64,000 bases of DNA, from NCBI GenBank assembly GCA_040954595.2, contig CM082584.2:12561166-12625165 (forward strand), written 5' to 3'. The DNA comes from Balanoglossus misakiensis. Taxonomy: Eukaryota > Animalia > Hemichordata. How positions within the stretch are numbered: position 1 is the first letter of the stretch; each line of letters begins with the position of its first letter. Under the pieces are notes generated by a model. That model was not told the DNA's origin. It saw only the letters and a program-made list of their open reading frames with translations, and made no database searches. Positions 52,561 to 64,000 of the stretch are shown one piece after another. The position numbers were made by a program, and so were the translations under genes.

Positions 52561-55500
52561 ATAAACTTATTATCCGAATTATCATGGTAGAAATGGCTCG
52601 TATATTGTAGTCGCCTGTACGACAAATCAAACTATTTTATGTGTTGGAATATTTGACCAATTCGAAAGGGGAGACTTTGAGAAACGGAAGCCGGCGACTT
52701 CACAAGTGTGGATACTGACACATGGAGTCAGTTGATTGGGGCGTTGCAAATTGATTGATAACTAGGTTAGATTTGATGGCAGCTTTTACAAGTTAGTCAA
52801 TACGACGGCGTCTTTAGTATTCCTGCGATAGAGTATACGAGTCGCCTTCTCTTAAATCTGGCGTTAACGGAGAAATTGGACTTCATTAATGGTATTCTTT
52901 AAATTGATTGATAGGGCACCTTTCAAGTTAGTGTGAACTTTGATTACGTTTATACTTGTTATTCTGCAGATACTGCTAATTTCCATTAAAAAGGATTTTT
53001 TTTTCAAAGGAGGACCACGCGCAGGAGCAATTCACTATCCCATACACCAGCTTTTAAAAAATCGTGTTCGATATCCTCGGCCGCAACAAGGCCGAACGAG
53101 ATCGCGCAGTCTTGGGTTTTAATTTCTAAAACACGCTAACTAAATCACGGTCCTGAATTGACGGTCTTGCCTTGCCTGTCGAAGGGGGGGGGGGGGGGGG
53201 GGTGACACTGAGTCAACACACAATTACCCGGGGAAAGTGCCACAGCTGATTCCTTTATGCTAATTCGACGCTGCTGCCATGACAACGCAGTCGGCAATTC
53301 CTCGTCGACTTAGCAACATCATAGAAATTAAATTGCCGAAAGGATGCAACACCCAAGGACATATATCATCATACTACTGGCAGTTGTATGTTTTCATGTC
53401 CATATGCAGTGGTAATTTGATACATTATTGTGACTCAAGTAAGGAAAGCAAAGCAAAGAAAAAGAAAAGACGAAATTTTGTCTCCTGCGTCACTGATGCA
53501 ACTCAAGGAATGAGAGAAAACGCGCCACAGTTCCGGAATATGCAGTCAAGTGAACTGTACGACCTGCAATATCGATTGAGTCGAGCTTTATAGGATGCAG
53601 TCCGTGTCAAGAATGTACACACACGACGGCAAAACAAATCAAAGGCGGCGCTTTTGATAAATAAGGTGAGCTGTCAATCAAAGCTTCACACAGGAGGCTT
53701 GCGACATGGTGGTCATAGACATCGACATGAGTGCGATGCATTTCTCTGGGATTAATTTAATGGACTTCTTAAACATTTTGACAGATATTGGTTGAATTGA
53801 TGAAAGCGGAGTGGAACTGAAAGGTGCATCGCCGGCTCTGTTTATCTTTAAAAGCAGAGACATTGTGAACGTAGACTTCAAAACCCGTATTAAATATGGT
53901 AACAATACAGTATCCCGTATTTTCATTCGTTCACAGACAAAGGACTGGCTGATGATTCTTTTACGTGGAAATGAGGTTCGTGTATTCCAGCTGTCAGTCA
54001 AAACAGTTATATTTCACCCGTTTCTGACATTTTGCTAAGATTTTGACGACCATCCGGGGCTATATTTCGAGCCTGTTATTGGTGTAACAGTATTACTGTG
54101 CAAGAGAAGGTGCACACATACTTGAATCGCACAAGAACTGCAGCCTCTGACGTTTGTGTCAAATCCTTCTAACACTTAACCGTGATTGGGCAGCAAGACA
54201 GCACGTGGCGTGTCATAAAACACGGTTTCCCCGACGTTCGTTGACATTGAAATTTAAGACTAATCTGTCTTACGTGATCCACTATCCCTTTCGCTCTACT
54301 TTTGGCCGAGTTTTACGACCCCCTGTCCATATTTTGACATGACTTACTGCGGGGTTATAATAGAGGTCGATTTGTAGCACACATTGTAAAAACACACAGG
54401 AACAATTTCTCATTCGAATTGCTAGGAAATTAGCTTTCTATACCATGACTGATGAAGATGGATTATGCTCGTTCTCACCCGGGTACGGCGATGGCGGGAC
54501 GGACTCAGCAAAGTACGCGATTGCATGTACGGCTGGTCACGTGTAGTCCATCAATAGCAATGACGTGGGACGGGTGGAAAATCACTGAAAGCAGAAGACA
54601 ACTTTAATGGCGGTGAAAATTTGTTCTCTATAGTCGGGAGATTCTATTGGTCGTTATTAGAAACACAACGCACGGTGATGATTAGTAGGTTGTCTTTGCA
54701 GAGCCTCGTAAAAGTAGCCCCCAAGGGTCGCATTGTTCACACTTACATCGATTCGGCAATTGTCTGCCCGCACAAGTGCCCAGTAAATTATCTTTACAGC
54801 ATCCCTCCTCCCGTAAACCCACATAAATTTTTATCCTCTAACTATGACGATCGAAATTTTACTCAGGAGACCGATAAACGGCTGCTGCATGCCTGGAGAC
54901 GTATTTGCTCCCGTTTTACTGAAAAGACAGAAAACAACACCGACCCTGTTAATGGCCAGTGTTCATGACCTAAGTGCAAAGAAGCCGCGGATGCAGGAAC
55001 ACGTCTTAGGGCCTGGCCACTGAGAATGAACAGAGGGCCTAGGGCTGGTGCAATTTGGGGGAGGGTCACTATATTTCGCGGACCAAGTTCTTGAAAAGCA
55101 CCCCCCCCCCCCCTATTAATTTTGTCAAGGCCCTTACTCGAAGAAGTATGTAGTAGCTCACACGATGCTACATCGCTAGACAGGGCAGGCAAGAACTTTC
55201 AGTGGCCGACAGTCACAAAACCAAGAAAAACTTTCCGTTAGCGAGGGATCAAAACGATATTAAAGTCGCGCGTGCTCAGCGAGTTCAAAGGTCACCTCAA
55301 ATCTCTTCAGGTGATATTAAATCCCGCCCCTCCAGCTCTCAAAAAATTGGACAAATTCGTGTCGTCTGCTCGTAATAGGTTCAGGCTTCTGTGAGCAGGT
55401 AAGCAGATGTCGCTGGGTCTTGAATGTTGAACGCCCATGGCTTCTTTTTTCCCTCCCCGCTGATTAGCTAGAAACCGATAAGCAGACACGTAGGAGGCCA

Positions 55501-58500
55501 TAATTATTTCAACAAGAAGTGAAAATAGAGAAAAATCGTGCAAAAGGATCGCAGAGACACAAACGACGCCTGAGGGTACAGCTACTCCGTGGCGCCATGC
55601 TGTCATACATTCGAGGAAACGCAAACTGTATCCTCGGAATCAGCGGGTCTGTTTGTCTTTCGGCATGATACAAGACACAGAAGCCGAACAAGGAAGCTTT
55701 GGAGGGGTTCTCGCGTTGTCGTTCGTGTACAGCTTAACGACCATCGGCGGGGAAGGGAGCCTGTGGAAGACCGGCAAGTGGGCCATGAAGTATGCACCTC
55801 TGCAAATACGAAGTCTGCTCACAAATCATGATATAATTTACGACTTAAGGAAAGAAAGGTAACAGGCCTTCCCCGATCTGCAAAAGTCAATACTGAACAG
55901 AAAAAGAAACATATGTCTCCCGTCGTCTTGACAGACGATGAGGTGAAAAGAGGGAAAGGCGATTCACACCTTCTCAACGACAAAACTGAACATAAAGTAG
56001 ATCACATAGGCAGTATTTTTTTTAGTTCAATCAAACATGAAGACTGCGATACTTTTATTATTGAACCCCACACACCTTGTTGGGGCGAGGTATCATTCTA
56101 CAACATCACGCGGCTGATAGAAATAGCATAAACGGCAGTTATTATGGACACATTAACTTTATAGCCAAATATTTAGACGATCTCAATTAACACAAAATGC
56201 AGAAACTCGATATGGCCACCGTTTCGAACAAAGAGGCGAAATTGTGTTTCAAACGCGACGATTTCTTCTTTTATTTGCATTCGGGAAAGCTGTGAGGTGA
56301 ATTCCAATCGAGCAAACTGTGAAATAATGTCATCGAATTCCTTTGAAAAGCTTGCATGCCTGTAATCAACACCCTCAGTAATGTGTCGCTGCTATATGTT
56401 TCTGTTGGAACATTCGCTTACTTGCAATAAAGCATTCAGTGACAAGTGCATGATAATGTCCAATAGGGCGTTTGTACAGAATATCATTTACATGTACGAA
56501 GAAGTCAAAATGTCAAATTCAAGGTGTATGTGTTTCTCCGTCATACACGAGTTAATTTTTTCAATGTCAACAAACAGAGTAGGTCAGGCCTGACTTCTCT
56601 GGAGAGCTGTTTTCGTTAATATTATAATTTTGCTGAAGATGGAATGCCGTTGTGGTTTCGCCACGGTGAAAAGGGCAGAAAAGGGTCAAAGGTTGGAAAA
56701 CGAGAAAAGAACAGGTGGTTTATCCGCCAGCAGTCGTTTTAACTCCACTTTAAGGTGTGCGAGTTTTGTTAACATGCCGTTCGCCATCGCCATTAAACAT
56801 AAATTGGATTACCAATGAGCGCGCATCGTGTGACCTAGAAGCAAGTGCCCATCATTGCATTTCATTAATTAATGGCATTGATTACAATTCATCAACATAT
56901 AGACTACGACCGTCATGCTCTCGTACCCAAGTTTTCCATCTTCATGCGACCCTGACGTGCAACAAGGCAAGCGCGGACGTTCAACTCTTGGATGACACAA
57001 TTGCAAACTCTGAGTAGTCGAAGCATCATTACGGTGATGGAATCATATTTTGATAATTATATTCATAACAAATGCACCACAACTGCTTCAATTATTTTAT
57101 AATAAACCTTTGTTTATAATAAATGTAACAGTTGATTATCTCCGGACATTCGAGATGTAACCAATGAATAGTTAAACGTTTAAAATAATTGTTTCTATTC
57201 AGAGACGTAAACGGTAAATGTTTGCTGCGTACAATAGCAGAAGTGGAATATACTTGTCATTGCCCTATGCTATATATTAAACCAGTCATGTTTCATCGTC
57301 TCAAACAAAAATATTATAGCGCCTATCTACCAATACGGACAGTGTCTCCGTAGTAACACAATTTGTCGGACATAACGGCGTAAGTGAGTTCAACACGTAC
57401 AGACAAGGAGCAGCTTGGTATGTTGTGCTCTGCCACGGCAACTGACACGTGACCACTTCTGCAACGGAAGACTGGCACGGTGATACTTTTGTGACGTAAC
57501 AAGTGTATATGATGGCAACCGTGCTGAGCAGGCGCGAAAAAAATACGATTACCATAACAACGAGTAACGCTTATGAAAAACCCGAGTTATGTTCAAAGGT
57601 TGGCTGCGGAAATCATACGAGAATATTGCAAGCATGACGTCTAGTTGATGAAATTCAATCTAGAGCTGACAAACCCAGAATGAAAATGCTCAGTTTAAAA
57701 TGTTGTCTAACTCACTCTGTCCGTCGTCGACATAGGAGAAAAGCAGGACACGACATGACGTCATCAAAGAAGTAGAACAAAAGTTACAGGGACACACGTT
57801 AATAAGTTTTAAGGTAGTCCTGGCATCTTTGTTTTTGAATCGCGACTCCCCAGCACCAGGCATGTTGAGAATATATCCGCGTTGAAACAGAAGACGCACT
57901 GCATGGATAGAGGGTATTATATGACTGTACGAAATAGAAGTATTTTTGTCGCAACGATATAATTTCATTTTCCGTCCTTTCAGTCCGACACGAACGCTTG
58001 TTTCCATCGTTTGTTTAATGTAGCGAGTTTCACAATATCGTCTCATTATTATTCATTTATACCATATTTTGATTGACTGAAATCGACTATGGAATGCAAT
58101 TACACTATGGTTATTCGCACCAATTATCTCCATTTATTCTACCTCGCGTTAAAATGATAAAAAACACCCTGAGTTAGCAGGAGCGCATATTTGCCAGGAT
58201 TTCATCGCTCATGAGATCCAAGTTTTCGCTGATCTGTGTTAACATTCAGACACATCTCTATAGCATTGTGGGTGCGCGCTTGAAGGCTGCGCTAGAAAGT
58301 TAACGCGGGAAATAAAGCTATCTGTCAAAAGCAAAACAGGAAATGACGATGGAAAAACAGAACGTCGACAAGGCCGAATTCATTGCTGCTAAATAACAAT
58401 ATGCCGGGGTGTTGATTGCAAGTTGACTTTTTTCTGACACAGAATTCTTTCTGGCACATTTATGATACGAAATTCGCGGGACAGAAAACATTTCCTGCCT

Positions 58501-61500
58501 TTGGTCATGAATATAATACAGGTATAGGCTACGAAATTCTATTTCAATTGAAAGTGTTTATTCGCTGCTAGTAGTCCGTTGCTAAGAGGATTTGGCGCCA
58601 AAGATTTGATATTATCGCGCTGAGCACAAAGCTTATGCAGACGACACTAACAAAAAAGCAAAATATAGAATATATTAGTCGTGCGAAGTTTTGTAATGTT
58701 ATTTTTTGATAATGAACGATATAGGCAATATTATCTGAATGAATGCGGCGACACTTTTGTAGCATTATGCGAAGATTTGCATACTAATGCAAAACGCCAA
58801 AATCAAATTATTAAATACTCGTTACAGCACGGTGCCTCTATGTCGGATTGGGAGAAAAGCTTATGGACATTGCCTTCCTGTCGACTTTGAAATGTTCGAA
58901 TGACGAACTTGAAGCGACAGAGCCGTCTAACATGGAGAATAATCTCCAATTCAAAGGCATCTGTGACATCGCGGATTTAGAGCCGAGGTCTCTAAGTTTG
59001 CCTCCTCTGGGAACGAGAACTGGCGGATAATAAAATATTTCATTAAATTTGATATTTTATGTGAGTGCAGTTGGAAACATTACTTCGGTGAAACGGTTTT
59101 ACATATTAACGTTCATTTAATATATTGAAATGTTATTTGTTCATGTGTAGCACACTTTACGATGTTTATATTCAACGCGGCGCAATAATCGCGAAATTGA
59201 AGAAAGACATCCTGTAAAAATAAACTTGGTAATCCCCTTTTTAACGTCTAGTCCTAATGCTGCCCGTGCAATCGACGTGAAATGCAATTTTACTGAAAAT
59301 AACAACGGTGTTGTTAGAGTACCGGTACAGCGAAAAGACGCAACATTTTGAGTAGACGTACCTGTATGCGATGCGAGTGTACGCTGTTACACAACCAGGA
59401 TGGGACCAGTGCACGTGTCTCGGGGAACGTTGACTGGACGTCCGTGTAAACGTCGCGTGTTCTTGACAGGGCGACTGACGTCAGGTGCGCGCTGCGTTGT
59501 TACATCGCTACCCATCTATGTCTTCATCTACCTGGCTGGGAGATGGTGGCAAACGTCGTCGGCAAGGCTTCGGAAGAGATGAAAAGGGGCTGTTATTGGA
59601 CGAACTGACAACGAAGGAGCTGCCGTCGAATGATTTCACACACGCCAGTAAAAGGGGGCGTTCCGTCGGCAAAACTACAAAGGCCAACTGACGTATGTCA
59701 TCAAATTATCATGGAATTTATTGACCGCTACTCCAGTGAAATGTGAAAGGAATGGAAATGAACAACCCCTTAGCTAGGTGGCTATTGCTCACCATTTGAC
59801 AATAGCCATTCCATGCCTATAGAAACACAACAGAATAGAAATCCCATTAAGGTTCCGTCGCCATGGAAACATTTGGGATGAAGACACAGAAGTTCGGGGC
59901 TTTGAGATAGTGGAAGAGGGTTTCATGAAAGGCAATATGTATCATGTCTGTAAACAAGCGATTTCGATGTTCGTGAGGATGACCGTTTTATAAATATGGT
60001 ACAGCCTGTCGTCATTTGATTGGCTTTGGTTCGGTTAAAATCGGCCAATATGCATCGCTGACTATGGTTGCCATGCGACAGGAACATCAACTAGCCCCCG
60101 CATGTTACAACCACTGGGGTTTCGGGAGGTGGGTTAGCAATATCGCAGAGACGAACATTTTACTGTGAAAACGAATGTGAAGTTGGACTACGCCGATTTG
60201 AGACTAAGCTAGGGGTTCTCGGAAAGCTCTCGCAGAGTGCACGTGATCTGCGAATAAATCAACGGCGGTGTTATTGTGGAACTGTCAAGCTGGAGCACGT
60301 GGACAACTTTTGAATCGTGTATAGTCTGCCTATAAGTCATCTGAACGTGGAAATATTACAGCGACGCATGCCATAACTAATGGGGTTGTTTTCACTGCGT
60401 TGACAATAACTGCTCCCTGCAACGCAAGGTGCTGTACAGTCTCAAAAACACTGTATAACACAGTACCTCTCATTGGAAAATTGTAAAGCTCACCATCTTT
60501 CCGACACACTGTGTTTACAAAGCCTCATAATGCCGATGAATTGTACGACGTGTTTGCACATATTGCCGGGAATAAATTACGTGAGCATTTTTTTAAAAAT
60601 CGTTTTTGTAATAGTGAAAGTAAAGGGCGATTGAAAGACGCATTGTACTCCTGGAAGTGAAATTGTGATGTAATGTCACGCTGCATACATACATGTACTA
60701 TACTAGTAAACGCTTGCTGAGAATACAAGTAGCGTCTGTAGTATTTGTATACTGTTTTCAAAATATATTTTCAATGATATTTTCTTGCTTCAGTAACAAG
60801 AAAACGCCATGCAAATGCCATGACTACGACAGCGATTTAAATTGTAGGTGATCATGAAAGCAGATATACTGCAGGATAAACCGATTTCATGGGACACGAT
60901 AGTATATTTGATGGTTTGGATGAAAAGTGATACCATGTTTTATGAAAAGAAATTACTGGCGGCGTTTGTTTGGGTGAACTTCTATACTGTGAATGTTCTA
61001 TACCATGACACGTTGCCAAGGAATATACAAGGAAATATTCTTGGTTCTAGGCTCAGTCTGAATAATTCTGCAATGGATGGCGACTTGCCAATGGTTAAAG
61101 AAGCGCCATTACAGACCCCACAAGAACCTACATTTAACCTTACACTGGATTCTTTGTACCCAGCGGGTATACATACGCCTCACATGTTAAATTCTGGCAG
61201 ATATCACGAACGTGCCGTGGGAGATCTCAAATCAGATGAAGTGGAAATTGAACTCGTGTGAAGGTCTGATCTTTCATGGTACGTCCCCGCGACACTTGCC
61301 GTAGACAAATCAAAATAATTCCAGTATACTTCATCAAAAGAGATCTCGATACACATATAAATGTAAAAGTTTTCTCCTGTCTGTGAAACACGGTTAGAAC
61401 TATTTTTGGCTATTTGCATGTACATAATATTTGTAAAAAAAAATCTTAGAGTTCTATAACATCCATCGTATTTGTCATTTAGTTTTCTTGAAACTATGGC

Positions 61501-62673
61501 GCAGTTATTATTTATTTCCTTCAAATACAACAAATATTATTCGTATAGGCCTACCATCATCCCGAAATGGTACCAATCATGCTATGAACATAAATAACGA
61601 TTGACATGACAACAAAATAAACATTTCTCTCTCCTGAATTATGGGATGTTCACTGGCTATATAAATCATATACTTAACACATACGATGCTGGCATACACA
61701 ATGAAAACACACTGTTGTATTATGTTGGACACCGAAAATATTTTGCCGTACTGACATTTCAATTGTCAACCGATTGCGTTTTGACCGCCAGATTGTGTAT
61801 AAAAATGAGGTCCACTGCCAGCTTCGTGTTTACTCACTAATTTGTTTTCATCGGCCAGATATCACAGAAATACATTGCGTGAGAGTAGGATTTCAAAGCA
61901 AATCTTGTAGTTTCAACACAAGGCATGACGAAAAGCCAGTGTCGGCACCTTTATTGAGGAATTTTCTTTTAAAAACAACCCGTGCAACGTTCAACCCTGG
62001 CGCTTTCTACGGTTTTGCTACACTCTATTTACATGCATACACTCAACTGTCTCCATGGCAACTGTTCTCTTGCCATCATTTCATTCAGCGTGTTAGCAAA
62101 GAGGCGCATGAATAAGCCGTTATCGCCGTCATTGTATTGGCAAACTCTTATTCCCCGGGAGACTTTGCCTTACAAAAACTACCTACATCTTCCTTTGTGA
62201 CTATGCTATGTAATATACATCAAGCATTCAGCACGTTTAAAAGACCGCTTTACAATTTCAACCGCCCTTTTACTAGAGAAAATAGAAAAATTAAAGACGT
62301 TCGAAATTAGGTTTTTTGTATGAATCGGCTTCCATTCAAAGTTACTGATAAGGCTTAGTTACAAAAAGAACGCCGACATCAGAGTGGAGCAGTAATTTAT
62401 TCTTTATCTGTAAAATAGTATTCCGTCGGGTGAATAGTCATTCACAGCCGAGCAGTGTCCACATAAAGCAAATCGCGACAAATCCACACTAGAGATCCAA
62501 AATAACACGTCGTCTTGCTTGTGCATTAACAAGATGCGCCTAGTTCCAGTCTCATCCTGCTGCTTTTAAGAAGCTTTGAAAAATTCGCCCCTACGGAAAA
62601 AACGTTTTTGTTTTTGTTTGCTAGTCTACTTTATCAAAATGCTGTCTCCATGGAAACTGACAATGGAGTGGCG

Positions 62674-62798
62674 ATGTATGTATGTATGTATGTATGTATG
62701 TATGTATGTATGTATGACTGTCTGTCTGTATGTCTGTCTGTATGTCTGTATGTATGTCTGTATGTATGTATGTATGTATGTATGTATGTATGTATGTA

Positions 62799-62829
<31 letters not shown>

Positions 62830-63014
62830 ATGTCTGTCTGTCTGTATGTATGTATGTATGTATGTATGTATGTATGTATGTATGTATGTATGTATGTATG
62901 TATGTATGTATGTCTGTCTGTATGTCTGTCTGTCTGTCTGTCTGTCTGTATGTATGTATGTATGTATGTATGTATGTATGTATGTATGTATGTATGTATG
63001 TATGTATGTATGTC
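62674..63014. repeat. Compound tetranucleotide microsatellite (TATG)n/(TCTG)n
   Basis: Directly visible; about 340 bp. Confidence 0.98.
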
Positions 63015-64000
63015 TCTGACTCAATATCTCTCACTAATGTAGCAATACAACTGGGGTCCAGGCCTACAAATACATCAAAAGCCCATGTTGACGTCTCCTT
63101 TGAAACGGGTGATTGACAGCAATTGTCGTATGAGAGACAGGCGAAAACTTCACGCTCCGTTAAACAAATAGCCACACAATGTTCTTTATCAGTGGCTGGG
63201 ATGTCTTTCAATCGCGCACACATCATCCCTGTATTTGGACAAGCGACTTGTCCACACAATAGAGCGATGCAAATGACGGTAAAGAAAATACAATTACACG
63301 CACGTCAATCCAGTCAATCTATCGCCTTGCATGTCACTTTCTCAACCAACCTCTGACGCAAAATCGAAGTTTCCGACAAAAAATTTCCCAAGTGGGTTTT
63401 CTAATGTAATAACGGTGTTTGGGAAAATTTTGCAGCGCAAATGTACACTTTAATCTAATAACAGGAGGAACTCATAAACGCCAGGAGTGAGCTGGCGATT
63501 CTGTTAGCTCTGTCGGGATGCTGGATTTTGCTGAATGCCACAGCTTTGAATCGTGTCGCGTGGAAATTTGTCGGAAATTAAGAACAATTTAGACCTTCCT
63601 TTAATGTTTGTCGGATTCATAAAATATCATCTCCTACGGTGCATGCACAACCGGGCCACTCACTGCCAACTTTATACTGATATTTTGTTTCTCGCTATCT
63701 TGTTCTCTCTCGCTAGCTCTCCCCGCCCTTCTCTCCTCTCTGTATGTGTGTCTGTCTCTCTCCTCTCTCTCTCTCCTTCCCCACCTGAGACAGTAGTTCT
63801 CTCTGTCATAAGTATTCATTTTACGGCCCTTGCGCGATAGACTCACTTCACAACGTGTCAAGTGCGCGACACGGAAACGCTTGTACCCCGCCTACACAGA
63901 ATATGCACAAGATTAGCCAACTGATTTCACACAAATCAAATTTTGCTGAAGTACGAGTATATTCTCTAGGACTCGCCCTACCCGCGATTCTACTTGTCAA

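Noticed and set aside
53183-53202. Poly-G run (also ~45885-45901, and poly-C at ~23876-23888) as a functional G-quadruplex
   Set aside because: These are simple homopolymers of unreliable length with no supporting context.
62576-63259. ORFs with MYVC/HTYI repeats
   Set aside because: They are translations of the (TATG)n/(TCTG)n microsatellite.

Overview
This window is eukaryotic genomic DNA, most likely from a marine invertebrate deuterostome (inferred from gene content, GT-AG introns and repeat style; a hemichordate is plausible but unproven). Bases 1-~10450 are the edge of a highly homogeneous 87-bp satellite array that decays through older variant layers into unique sequence; all the long ORFs listed there are artefacts of the repeat. 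Two tandem intronless class A GPCRs with an NRY motif follow on the + strand (melatonin/moody-like). Next come four intron-containing minus-strand genes, reconstructed by hand with consistent splice phases: DCAF15 (13 exons), MFSD14/HIAT1 (11 exons), an ARSB/I/J-like sulfatase (15 exons) and a bHLH-Orange factor (4 exons). The last ~17 kb has no recognisable gene. The most unusual element is the sulfatase. It is predicted to be a type II membrane protein with a ~123-aa acidic cytosolic tail carrying an EAVRLL dileucine sorting motif. It keeps the formylglycine motif but has lost two otherwise strongly conserved catalytic residues (His->Gly, Lys->Ile), and its locus is rich in CACGTG/CLEAR-like sites.
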